Below, piece by piece: positions 12,799 to 22,419 of a DNA stretch of 64,000 nt; the first letter of the stretch is position 1, and every line of letters begins with the position of its first letter. Both the position numbers and the translations under genes were made by a program. The notes under the pieces were generated by a model. The model had not been told where the DNA came from. It saw nothing but the letters and a program-made list of their open reading frames with translations, and made no database searches. This stretch comes from the human T2T-CHM13v2.0 reference genome, Homo sapiens: NCBI RefSeq assembly GCF_009914755.1, contig NC_060934.1; one strand, given 5' to 3'.

Positions 12799-14424
12799 TC
12801 ACTGATACCCCAGCGCCGAGGCGGTGGTCAGTCTCTGTCCGTAGAGGGCGTAGGGGGAGTAGTACGGTCCGGTGGCGGCGGGCACCGGCACGGGGGCGCC
12901 AGGCGTGGGAAGCGGGCTCTTGGAGTAGGGGTGGTAGCGGCTGCTGAGTCCCAGCGCGTGGTGGGGGCTGCGCAGCGCCAGCGTCCCAGGGCTGCCCGGT
13001 GCGCCCGAGGTGGGGATGTGCATGTGGCAAGCCATGGCGGCCGCGGCAGCGCTGGCCAGAGACGACGAGCTGGGGTAGCCCGACAGCAGTTTGTCTGTCC
13101 CGGGAAATGCCGTATGGGTCCGCAAGTGGCTCAGCAGCTCTTCGGACGTGGCGAAGCGCTTGTCGCACGGCCCGTTGGCCGACACCCAGTTGCAGATGTG
13201 GGGGAGTGGGTCGTTAGGGAGCATAAAGCCGTAGGGGTAGAGGGGGTGGCCGGCCAGGGAGGGCGGTGTGGCGCCAGCAGCCGCGGCGGCCGTTAGCGAG
13301 GAGTGCACACCGTGCAGCGGGTGCGTGGGGTACACCAGCGGGTATCCGGACTTCAGCGCCGCAGCCGCAGCAGCCGGATCATGTGCGCAAGAAGCGCTGG
13401 CGGCCGCCGCCCCTGCCAGGTGGCTAGCGCAGTGGTAGCTGAGGCAGTAAGGGTCCCGGCACAAACTGGCTGTCATCACGGACGGCGGAGACGCTCCGGC
13501 CAAAGGGCTGGAGCCGGCCGGCTTACTGCAGCCCAGAGACCCGGCCGCGGCCGCCGCCAGCTGCGCCCCCACCAGGCTGCCCGGCTTGGTGGGGTCAAGT
13601 GCCACGCCGTGTGGCAGGAACTGGGGCGGGTAGCCGGCGTAGGCCCCGGCCAGGCTGCCTGGGTAGGTCATACCCGCGGGAGGCAGAGGGAACACTGTCT
13701 GGCCCGGCTTGTAGGGTGACACGGGAGCCACCAGCCCAGAGCCCAACACTGAGGAGGAGGTGGGCGCGCTGGGGCCGGAGCCGGAGCTGGAGCCCGATGA
13801 ACCGCCGCAGTCCGAGCCCAGAGCCTTGCCTCCCGGGCCCCCATCCGGATGCTGGTTCACATCCACATTAATCCCGCCGCCGCAGCTAATCCGGCCGTGT
13901 GCCAGCCCCGTGGGTCCCCCTTCGGCCGAGGCGCCCCCGGTGCCCTTGCCACCGCCGCCCACGTCGGTGTCTTTCTTGTCGTCCTTGCCCTCCGGGGCAC
14001 CCCCGGCCGAGGACAGCATACCTCCCGGCGAGCAGGCCGAGGCGCTGGAGCTCGGGCTGCCTGTCCTGGGCGTGAATGGCTGGCAGGTGGCGCTCGGTAC
14101 CCGGAATCCCGACTTCTCCGACGAAACACCCCCGCCGCCGCCCCCGCCACCGCCACCGCCTCCACCGCCGCCTCCCGGCTCCTTCTTATCCGAGCCGGGT
14201 TTGGAGTACGGCTTGAAACTCGACTTGTCCTCCACGCCGATGTCGCTCAGCTTCAGGGGGCCCGATTTGGTGTCCTTGTCGCCCGCAGCACCGCCGCCGG
14301 CACCGCCCGCGCCGCCCCCGTTGGAGGCAACCGAGGAGAGTTTGGAGGAGGGCGAGGGGTCGGGCTTCCCGATCTGCGAACATGTTTGCGCCAACAGCGC
14401 CAGCGGGCTCTTCTTGGCATCGAG
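12799..14424 (-). CDS. ZNF503: Zinc finger protein 503 (NOLZ1/NLZ2), coding exon 2 (aa 106-646)
   Basis: Acceptor CCGCAG|CTC at 14425/14424. Encodes the Sp motif SPLALLAQTCSQIG, FKPY motif, Gly16, Buttonhead-box-like CRDPYCLSYHC, single C2H2 finger CNWVSANGPCDKRFATSEELLSHLRTH (13114-13194) and C-terminal YALYGQRL; TGA at 12799-12801. Confidence 0.98.
   Translation of the reverse strand, partial: LDAKKSPLALLAQTCSQIGKPDPSPSSKLSSVASNGGGAGGAGGGAAGDKDTKSGPLKLSDIGVEDKSSFKPYSKPGSDKKEPGGGGGGGGGGGGGGGGVSSEKSGFRVPSATCQPFTPRTGSPSSSASACSPGGMLSSAGGAPEGKDDKKDTDVGGGGKGTGGASAEGGPTGLAHGRISCGGGINVDVNQHPDGGPGGKALGSDCGGSSGSSSGSGPSAPTSSSVLGSGLVAPVSPYKPGQTVFPLPPAGMTYPGSLAGAYAGYPPQFLPHGVALDPTKPGSLVGAQLAAAAAGSLGCSKPAGSSPLAGASPPSVMTASLCRDPYCLSYHCASHLAGAAAASASCAHDPAAAAAALKSGYPLVYPTHPLHGVHSSLTAAAAAGATPPSLAGHPLYPYGFMLPNDPLPHICNWVSANGPCDKRFATSEELLSHLRTHTAFPGTDKLLSGYPSSSSLASAAAAAMACHMHIPTSGAPGSPGTLALRSPHHALGLSSRYHPYSKSPLPTPGAPVPVPAATGPYYSPYALYGQRLTTASALGYQ
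14128..14175 (-). repeat. ZNF503: Interrupted GGN repeat encoding Gly16
   Basis: 16 consecutive GGC/GGT/GGA/GGG codons. Confidence 0.95.
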
Positions 14425-15154
14425 CTGCGGGGTCAGACGATGGGGGGGGAGCGTCACACAGAGAAAGAAGTGGAAACCCTTTAGAATCCTGGCTTCTGGG
14501 GTTCAAATGCCTCTCCGCAACAGCCCACGAAGATCCTCCCAGCCCCAAGGCGCAATTCTAGGCGGCACCCCCTCTTCAACACCCACTCACAAACATTCTC
14601 GCCGTTGGGAAAGGCAGCAGATTGCTCCCCCCGCCCAACCACCACCCCCAGCAGCATCTTTCCTGCCCTCTCTGAGCGCTAACTAGATTTTTAAAGAGCA
14701 AAATGTTTTGGTTTTCGGTTCCTAGACCCAGAACTGTACCCCCTCCCCACAAACACTCCTTAATTCTTCAGAGTAAGGGCTCGGGCGGCTGGCGCCTCAG
14801 AGGCTGTGTGCACACACTGGCTTCTGCGGATACGAAGGACGGCGACTTTGGAACCGTATTTCAGACCTCCGCCTGCCTTCGGTGCCGAGTGAAGGGGCCT
14901 GGGTCGGGGTAGGGGCTTTCATATCGAAAGGAGAAACAAGTATTGGCAGCCTTGCTCCCTAGCATGCACGCCCCATTCCACTTCCTCCCCCTTTTCCGCC
15001 CTAGTTTTGAGGTACGGAAGCAGTAGCCTCTTCCCCCATTCGGGAGCTGAATCACTCCGACCCCCCCACCTCCGCCCAGATCCCGAGAAAAAGAAAGCCC
15101 TAGGGTGGCAGCCAGGGTAGTGGTCCCAGTGCGATCCAGAGAGAGGGTCCTTAC
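14425..15154 (-). other. ZNF503: ZNF503 intron (730 nt, phase 0, GT-AG)
   Basis: Donor GAG|GTAAGG and acceptor CCCCGCAG|; joining gives ...PVSPIE|LDAKKSPLALL. Confidence 0.95.
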
Positions 15155-15469
15155 CTCGATGGGGCTGACCGGCGTGGAAGGCAGGGGCTGCAGGTACTCG
15201 GGGTGCAAAATGTGGCCAGTTCGTGCCGTCAGCATCTTCAGCACCTTGATTGGCAGGCGGTTGGCCTGGCGCAGGGGGTCAGAGGGGGGCACGGCGTGCA
15301 CAAAAGGCTTGGTGCTGCCGGCCGGGGACGAGCCTGGGCCGGGGCCGGAGCTATTTCCAGAGAGCGCGCTGGTCCAGGCAGGGTCTGCACCGCCGCCTCC
15401 GCCTCCGCCGCCGCCGCCGCCGCTGTGCTTACTGCTTCTTAGGGCAGAAAGCGAGGGCGCTGTGCTCAT
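15155..15469 (-). CDS. ZNF503: Zinc finger protein 503, coding exon 1 (aa 1-105)
   Basis: ATG at 15469 (GGGTCATGA); MSTAPSLSALRSSKHS-G11-...RLPIKVLKMLTARTGHILHPEYLQPLPSTPVSPIE, the NET-family N-terminus; 315 nt. Confidence 0.98.
15389..15421 (-). repeat. ZNF503: GGC-rich repeat encoding Gly11
   Basis: 11 Gly codons, mostly GGC with GGA/GGT interruptions. Confidence 0.95.
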
Positions 15470-15486
15470 GACCCACCCGCGCGCAT
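15466..15486 (-). promoter_or_regulatory. Upstream ORF (MRAGGS*) whose TGA overlaps the ZNF503 ATG
   Basis: Minus strand ATG CGC GCG GGT GGG TCA TGA; the main ATG is the A of TCA plus the TG of TGA. Confidence 0.7.
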
Positions 15487-15839
15487 GGGAGCAGCGGGGG
15501 GGAGGGCTCCGGGAGGCGCGGGGCGGGCTCGGGGCTGCGCGCTCGCCCCGGGAGCAGGAGCAGCGGGAGGAGGAGGAGCTGGCGCGGCGGCCACGGGCGC
15601 CCAGCGCGCCTTCTCGGCGCCTGGAGCCAGACGCGAGTAATCCTGGGTGGCCCGCAGCGGAGCCGTGGCCGGGCTAGAGGAGCCGGCTGGACTGCGGGAG
15701 TGCCGGGCGGCTCGCGGTGTCCGCCTCGGGCTGCTCCCCTGCGCTGCGTTCTCGCGGCCCCGCGCCGGCGCTGCGCTCTGCGATGCGAGCCGCTGCGTGT
15801 CCAGCCGGGGCTCTGGCGAGGAAACTCACTTCAAAAGCA

Positions 15840-15960
15840 GCTGCACCAAGGGGGAGATTAAAGCCTTTGCCGCCTTCCAATCAAATGGGAGCCCGAGGTG
15901 ATTGGAGGGTCAAGGGGATGTGACGCGTCCCGCGCCGCCGCCGCCGCCGCTGCCAGGACT
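15840..15960. promoter_or_regulatory. ZNF503 / ZNF503-AS2 bidirectional core promoter
   Basis: Inverted CCAAT boxes CCAATCA (15877-15883) and TGATTGG (15899-15905), CRE half-site TGACG (15921-15925) and short (CCG)n, about 400 nt upstream of the ATG. Confidence 0.6.
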
Positions 15961-16614
15961 CTCAGTGCCGGTTTTAATGGGCAGCTCCCTCTTCGCCGCC
16001 CCCCTGTGTGTCCCCTCCCTCGATTTCGCTGGGAGGACGAGATGGACATTTATTCTACGTTTGCCATCCGCCGCCTCCCTCTTTTTTCCTCCTCGTCGTT
16101 CTTCCTTTCCCCAGCTCGAAAATAAACTGAAACCTTCTTTTGAAGGGGGGTGCGCGTGAGGAACAGACTGCGGGGGGTGTCCAGAAGGAGCACCGGTGGG
16201 AGTGTGGACACCGGCCGGACTGTCAACTCCAGGGGCGAAGGGAACCTGCACACCCAGTGTTTTTTCCTTCGCAGTAATCGAGATCCCGCGCGGCGCAGCG
16301 CAGCCACCAGGGTAAGAAGGCAAGGTGGGGAGCCGGAGCTGGAAGAAGCCCGCCCGCCCGCTCTAATTTCCTCAGATTCCGCGGCGGAGAAACCAGAAGC
16401 TAGATGGGCAGTCGCAGCGGCGGCGGCTCAACACCGCGAGGAGCGCTGGGCTCTCCGCCCTTCCCGGCCACGTGACGCCCGGGGACGCGTAGATTGGGGC
16501 AGCAGCGGGGGTCACATGTTTCCTCTGTTTCACCCTCAGTCTGTCCCCCAACCCCCCATTCTTACTCTCCCACCCTGTTTTCCTCCCTCCCCCCCTTCTT
16601 TGGGCATCTCCACC

Positions 16615-16720
16615 CCTCCATCAATTGTCAATGTTCCTCGACCGCAATCAATCAGTTATTTGTCAGCTCTTGTCAATCCTCCCGTGATTTATGTCAGCTT
16701 TTGTTGCTGATTACAAGGCG
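16615..16720. promoter_or_regulatory. Candidate TALE/HOX enhancer element
   Basis: Four TGTCA, ATCAATCA and TGATTTAT within about 80 nt. Confidence 0.6.
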
Positions 16721-17306
16721 GGTGCGACTTGAAGGGAAAAAGAGAGAGGGAGAGAGAGACGGAGAGGAAGGAGGAGATTGAGAGGGAACTGGAGGAGGGG
16801 AAAAGAGGAGCGGCCTCCTGGGATGGGGGTGGGGTGGGGGCTCTAAGAAAAAGAATGAAAGAGGCGCACGGTGTCAGGAAAATGAATAGCGAGAGTAAAG
16901 TGCGCAGGTGCGCCCAGGGCGCCGAGAGGGGCGCGCAGGCCTGGAGTGTGCGCCTGCCCTCTCGGTGTCGGAGAGACGCCCTTCCACCTCTGGGAGCCTC
17001 GGTCTGTTGGGGTCGCGGAGTTCGGGCGCGGCTCCGGGTACCCGAGACCAGCGGCGGCAACTTCTAACACGGGAGATTTCCCGCCACCCCACCCCGCCGC
17101 CGCGAGTCCTCGCGGGGCGTGTTGCGTGCGGAGGTCAGGCTGCCACCCTCTGTAGTTCCCTAACCCCAAACTCGGAGACTTCTAAGAGCCACACCACCAA
17201 GGAACTTCTAGTCCTGGAGGTCAATGGTGGGGCAAACCTCGCCTCAATTCTTTGACCCCCTCGGGTCGTAAGCAGGGCTAAGAGGCTGCGAAGAAGAGGC
17301 CTGGCC

Positions 17307-17401
17307 ATGGGTGTATGGGGGAAGAAACATCTCAGGCTCACTCATGCCCCCTCCCCGACCTTCTCCCACCTGCCGCCATCCCCGCAGGCTGGGGAGCCAG
17401 G
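17307..17401 (+). CDS. First coding segment of a putative 195-aa ZNF503-AS2 ORF (coding status doubtful)
   Basis: GCCATGG Kozak at 17307, MGVWGKKHLRLTHAPSPTFSHLPPSPQAGEP, phase-2 donor CAGG|GTAACT. Confidence 0.3.
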
Positions 17402-19019
17402 GTAACTCGGGGCTGCTCTCTCGAATTTATTGGAACGCCGAGTCGGAATGAGCTGCGCTAGGAGAGCCGAGGGAAGGAGCGAGAGAGGGAGGGGGCGGCT
17501 GCCTGTGGGAACGCGGGTTCTTCCAGGGAAGCGGAGCGGGACTGCCGCGTTCCCCTCGATTTGCACCGTCACTCGGGTTGTTTGGGAAGAAAAGGGGAGG
17601 CGCTGTGCGTGCCACCGGGTACCTGGACCTGGATGCCCAGTGTGTATGCATGCCTGTGGCGCTGCGTGAGTTATCGGGGCTCTGATAGCGTCCGGAGCGG
17701 GTTCGAGGGTCTCCTCCAGGAACTCGCAGAAATTAGAGGGGGTGGGGAGGAGGACACACCCCCTTCCTCGGAACGACTTAGAAGACTTTGAATCTCCCCT
17801 CCTCCGCTTTTCCGCCCCGGCTCTTCTTTTGTTGTCAAGTCCTTTTGATAAATGGTGGGGCTGGGAGCTCTGGGAGTCGGGAGCCAGTCTGTGCCCGCGT
17901 GGGGGGCGGGGGCCGAGCCTGGAGACCCGGTTTCGACCGGCGCGCACCTGGGGCTGAGCCGGGTGCGCGCGGGGGTCGGGTCTGGAACTGCCCTTGGTAT
18001 GCTCGCCCTCTCCTCTTGGCCCATCTCACTCCCCTCCCCCACCTGACTCCCCTCCCCGGCTTCTTTCTCTGTCTCCCACTCCGCACGGGTACCGAGAACT
18101 TTCCGGGGTGAGTTTTAGAATTTGCTCCTAGGCATTCTTTTTCTGCGTTTGGATTTTATCCCTTGATTCTTTGGGTTGGTAAACTTTATGAAATGGTAAC
18201 TTGACTGAAGCTCATTTGGAGAGAAGAGGGGAGTGAGGCGGTGTGTGCTTGGGGCTGGTGTTTGTCAGTGTGAGCGTGTAAGAGCACACCTGCATTCAAG
18301 GGGGTTTGTAGTGTCCGTGCGACATCTGAGGGAGGTGAGTCGGCGAGCGGGTGGCGAGGCCCCACGCTGAGGGAGGCGGTTGTCTGGTCTCCGGGGAGCA
18401 AGTCCCAGGTGCGCGTTTCGGAGGGCGGGACAGTCCTACGCTGTCTCTGCGGGGCAGCGCGTCTGTGAAGCACTCTTATCCTTCGGGTGTGTCCATGTGT
18501 GCCTGGTTACTGAGTGCGCGGCCGTCTAGGTGTCGACCCAACCAATGGTAGTGCTCCTAACGCCGCGAGCCCACCTTTGGGCCGCTATCGCCGCGGCCTC
18601 CCCGCGAGGCCCGGGCACTGAAATTCTGGGGCCTGCGACAGGGCCGGGGGGGACGCAGCCAAGGGCGTCCCTCCCCAGCCTCCAGACTCAGCTCTTCCCC
18701 CTCTCCTCTAATTCCAGCAGCTTATTACGCCGGCGGCTCAGGGGAGGCAGCCTCAGCACCTGAAGCCTGGGGGGGCCGTGGAGTGGCTCCTGCGTCCCCC
18801 GGTGTGGCCACACACGCTCGTGGGGCTGCGCTGTGCTGCGTGGGTGCGGGTCGTGGTCAGCGTGCGTTCGCTTTTCTCAAAACTCCACTCCGAGGGTCCG
18901 AGCGCATGGGGGCGCCTGGGGGCCTGCGCGCCCGGGGCTTTTGGGAGGCGCCAGCGTCCGAGCCTGCGCACCTCGCGCAGGAGGCCAAACCCCCGAAGGC
19001 CGGCGCGGGCCCGGGAGTG

Positions 19020-19455
19020 GGGGCCATTAATTACTCTGCGCCAGGCCTAAAGCCTCCAACCCCCAGCAGCAGTTGGCGTGGATGTCCTGCGGATTTTATT
19101 TGCAAACAATGGAAATGATTTGTTTTCTCTAAAAAAGGAGTGGGCAAGGCAGATATTGGAGGAGGGGGTGGGAGGAGGAGAAGGAAGGGGAAAGAGCTGA
19201 GGAAAAAAGTTTGAAAATGCCTTGAACTATTCACTGTCGAGATGGCTAATCAGTATTGAGGCCGGAGGGCAGGCGGGCCGCCTTTCACCGCCGCTTCCCT
19301 TTCATCTCGGGCTCGGCGGAGGCGCTCAATTAAAAGCCTATCAGTTTGTAAGTAAATCAACGCCTATCAGAGTTGTCACATCAAACAAAACGATTATTAT
19401 TGCAGCCCGCCTCCCCTATTAATCTCCCTCGAAGATAATCCGCCTGACAGGTCAG
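19020..19455. promoter_or_regulatory. Candidate developmental enhancer (SOX-POU/FOX, homeodomain, GATA-like and MEIS motifs)
   Basis: CATTAATTA, ATTTGCAAACAATGG, two GCCTATCAG, GTAAATCA, TAATCC, TGACAG. Confidence 0.5.
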
Positions 19456-21304
19456 GCCCGGCGAGCTGGAAAGCCTGGCCCAGAGCACCCAAACAGTCCC
19501 GGACTGGCGCGCGCCCCCGGGGGCCTCCCCACCCCTGTCCTGCCCCGCCTCGCGGTCCCTGGGAGCGGGGAGAGAAAGCGCGCGCGGAGGCCTCTGCACC
19601 CAGGTCCGCCCCACCTGACTGGGAGCAAGGCCCAGATTCGCGGGGCCAGTAGGGGACAGTCCCGCGCGGCCCTCGCCGCTGCTCGGGGCAGGGGAGAAGC
19701 CTGGCGTGCAGGAGCCGCGGCCCGGCCCGGGGTCTCGCCACGGCCTGCGCTCTCCTCGGCTCTCATTTATTTTCTTCCTCCCTTCTTTTTGTTTTCTCTC
19801 CCGCGTCTTTCTGGGCTCCCCCATCTTTTTCCTTCATTTCCTTTTCCTTTTCCCTTTTTTTTACTTGCCAGGGAGTATTTCCCATTCTGGCTCTCTCTTC
19901 TTGGTGTGCCGTATAAACCTTTCTTGCGCAGCCACACTGCCTGGAGTAGGATGTTCTCAGGGCCCGGGTTATTTCTCCCGGGTTGCCCCAGGAGTGTGCA
20001 GTTCCCAGAAACTCATGGCAAAGTCCTCTATAATCTCTTTCCGAGCAGGGGCTCTGAGAAGCTCTGCGCCTGTTTAAGGGTTGGGTGGGTTTGGAGGGGT
20101 GAAGAGGAAAAAGAGGGAGAGAGACTGGTGGACAGTTGTCCTATTCTGGAATTAGTATTTTGCCTTGGAATTTCATAGCTGTAACGTTGCCGACCTCGCT
20201 GTTGGCGTTGCCCGGGCTTTTCAAATATGTAGATAAGACTCAAGGGGGCATCCAGGCCTCAGTAGTGACTATGTGTGTGTGGGTGGGTGCCTGATACAAG
20301 TAAATACACCCAGATAACTGCCTCTGTGGCCTCAAGTTAGTGTCCCAAGAGTTTGGGTGGGGCCTCGCTTCTAGAAGGCGCAAAAATCGTGGCCTTCTTC
20401 CCAGTGGCCTCCGGCTTCCTGCTTTGGGATGCCTCGGAATCGAGCCGGACCCGCCTTTTTCTGCGCTCTTCCTCCACATCTGTAGGCCCAAACGGCCACT
20501 GCCGGAGCCAGGTGGAGCCAGGATTGAGGGGTAGCTGAAGTGTCTGTGACGAAAGGGCTGCCCGAGGGAGCCCAGGCCTGCCACCTCATATGTCGGGTTC
20601 AGTGCGCCGCGAAGGCTCTCCGCGCCTGTATCTCGGAGGACCCCCAGAGCGCTGCAGTATTGGGCGTCAGGGCCGAGCCTCTCGCAGCAGTCACGCCGCA
20701 GTCCGAGGCCACGGACATCCAATAGAGCCCACTTCAACTTGCATGGTGCATGGGGTCCAGGACCGGTGGCCCCCACACAGGGTTTCCCAAAGCCTCTCCA
20801 TTTGTCTGCACTCTCCACTGCCGACCTTGTAGGAAATTTATTTCCATGCCCAGAAATATTGTTTGGACACAGTGGCTCGGTTATCTTCGCGCCTGCTTTT
20901 CTTAAATACATTTATTTCACCTCTGCCACGCTGCAGATATTTAAAGATCTGTAGATACCGTAACCCTCAGCGATGCGGGACTCACTCTGGTTATAGATAA
21001 TATTCTCTGGGTGGTTATTTGAACATAAGTTCTATCTCCAGCCCAGATGACACCCAAGCAGGGGCTGTAAAGGACACTTGCTCTAGAATGTTTTCAACTG
21101 AAATATATGTCCACACACGGAGAATTTAAGAGTATTTTTATATTTCTCTCTAGATCTAAATATTCAGATGTGTTAATTACATGCCCTAGAAGCTGGAAGC
21201 GATCAGTGGTGTTCACACTGGACGTGGAGCTGTTTGTATAATTTTCATCTCCCTGCACTTAAACATGACTCTCAGTCTAATAAATTCAACCTTGTCATTT
21301 TTAG

Positions 21305-21797
21305 AATCGACGGGATTTCTCTGGCTGTCGTTTGCGCTGCATTTATCCGAATACATCCAGCTCGCAGGCATCCTGCAAGAAACGGCTCCCGGCTCGCGTG
21401 TACGCCGACACCTCGGCCCAACGCAGGACTCGAGGTGGTTTCTAGTGCCCGGGTGGCTGCAAGTCTGCCCTCCGAGGGAGGCTGGACAAGCGGCGCCCCC
21501 AGGTCGAGCGGCCTCTCGCTGCCTGGCAGTGCCTGGCAGCCCCCACCTCTGCCAGTGCTTCGGAAACCCGCCTGGCCAGGTTCGCCCGCGGTGAAAAATG
21601 AAAGCAAATTCCCCAACAGAGGTAGCCGGAACTTTCCTCGACGAAGGCTCCCTCCTGCGCCTGTGTCTGGAGAACCCCCAGAGCGCTGCAAGTTAGCAAG
21701 AGAGATTCGATGGCGGCTCTGGAAGGCGCACGAAGGGTGGGGCGGGGGAGCAAAGAGGCCACTGGGTGACCCAGCCTGGTCCGGGGTGAAACGCTAG
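21305..21797 (+). CDS. Second coding segment of the putative 195-aa ZNF503-AS2 ORF (coding status doubtful)
   Basis: Acceptor TTGTCATTTTTAG| at 21304, in frame with the phase-2 donor; IDGISLAVV...WSGVKR*. Confidence 0.3.
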
Positions 21798-22419
21798 AGA
21801 AGGCGCCTCGCCTTCCTTATTTCAATGCAACTCCTCGGCCCCAGACGGTAAAAATAGTTTCCAAGCTGCCGCGGACGCCCAGGATGTGTTTGCAGAGATC
21901 AAACTGGGGAGGAGGCAGCTTTGTAAAAGTTGCAGAAAGATTAGCCGAGAAGCGTCCGCCCGGCGGGGCTCAAGAAAGCTTGGGGACAGCTCCATGTTCC
22001 TTGGGGCGGAATGGCCCAAGAATTGGCCTGGGTAACCCCCTGCCCAGTTCTCTGTCCTCACTTCGAGCCAGTGCTTAAATAACTTCCCGCCGCCTGCCCT
22101 GCAAACTTCCCGGCGCGGCGCCGTTGAGGCCAGGACACAGCAAAGGCTAGCAAAACCCCGCCGCGGCGCGCTCGGCCCCGGCCCTGAGAGGCTGCGCGGG
22201 TGGGAGGACCAGTGTGGTTTCTGCTCCCACTCGGCTGCCCAGACCCTCAAGACCGATCCCCCAACTCCTGGGAGCGGGTGCTTCCCTCTGGGAGCCGAGA
22301 TCTTGCGGGGCCAGCGAGGGCGCAAAGTGCGCGCGCTGGCCCGCGCGGGGGCGGCCGCGCGTCTCTCCGCGGGGCCTGTCGCCAGGCCGGCCGCGGCGCG
22401 TGAGTGATGAGGGCAGAGA

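Noticed and set aside
14425-14457. N-terminal MTLPPHRLTPQ of the 552-aa ORF call
   Set aside because: Intronic sequence upstream of the acceptor with a non-ATG start; the real N-terminus comes from exon 1
12931-14686. Antisense ORFs over ZNF503 exon 2, e.g. the 308-aa poly-Pro ORF at 13760-14686
   Set aside because: Mirror of GC-rich Gly/Ala codons on the coding strand
14861-15154. C-terminal half of the 202-aa ORF at 14861-15469
   Set aside because: Read-through past the GTAAG donor into the intron; family similarity ends at SPIE
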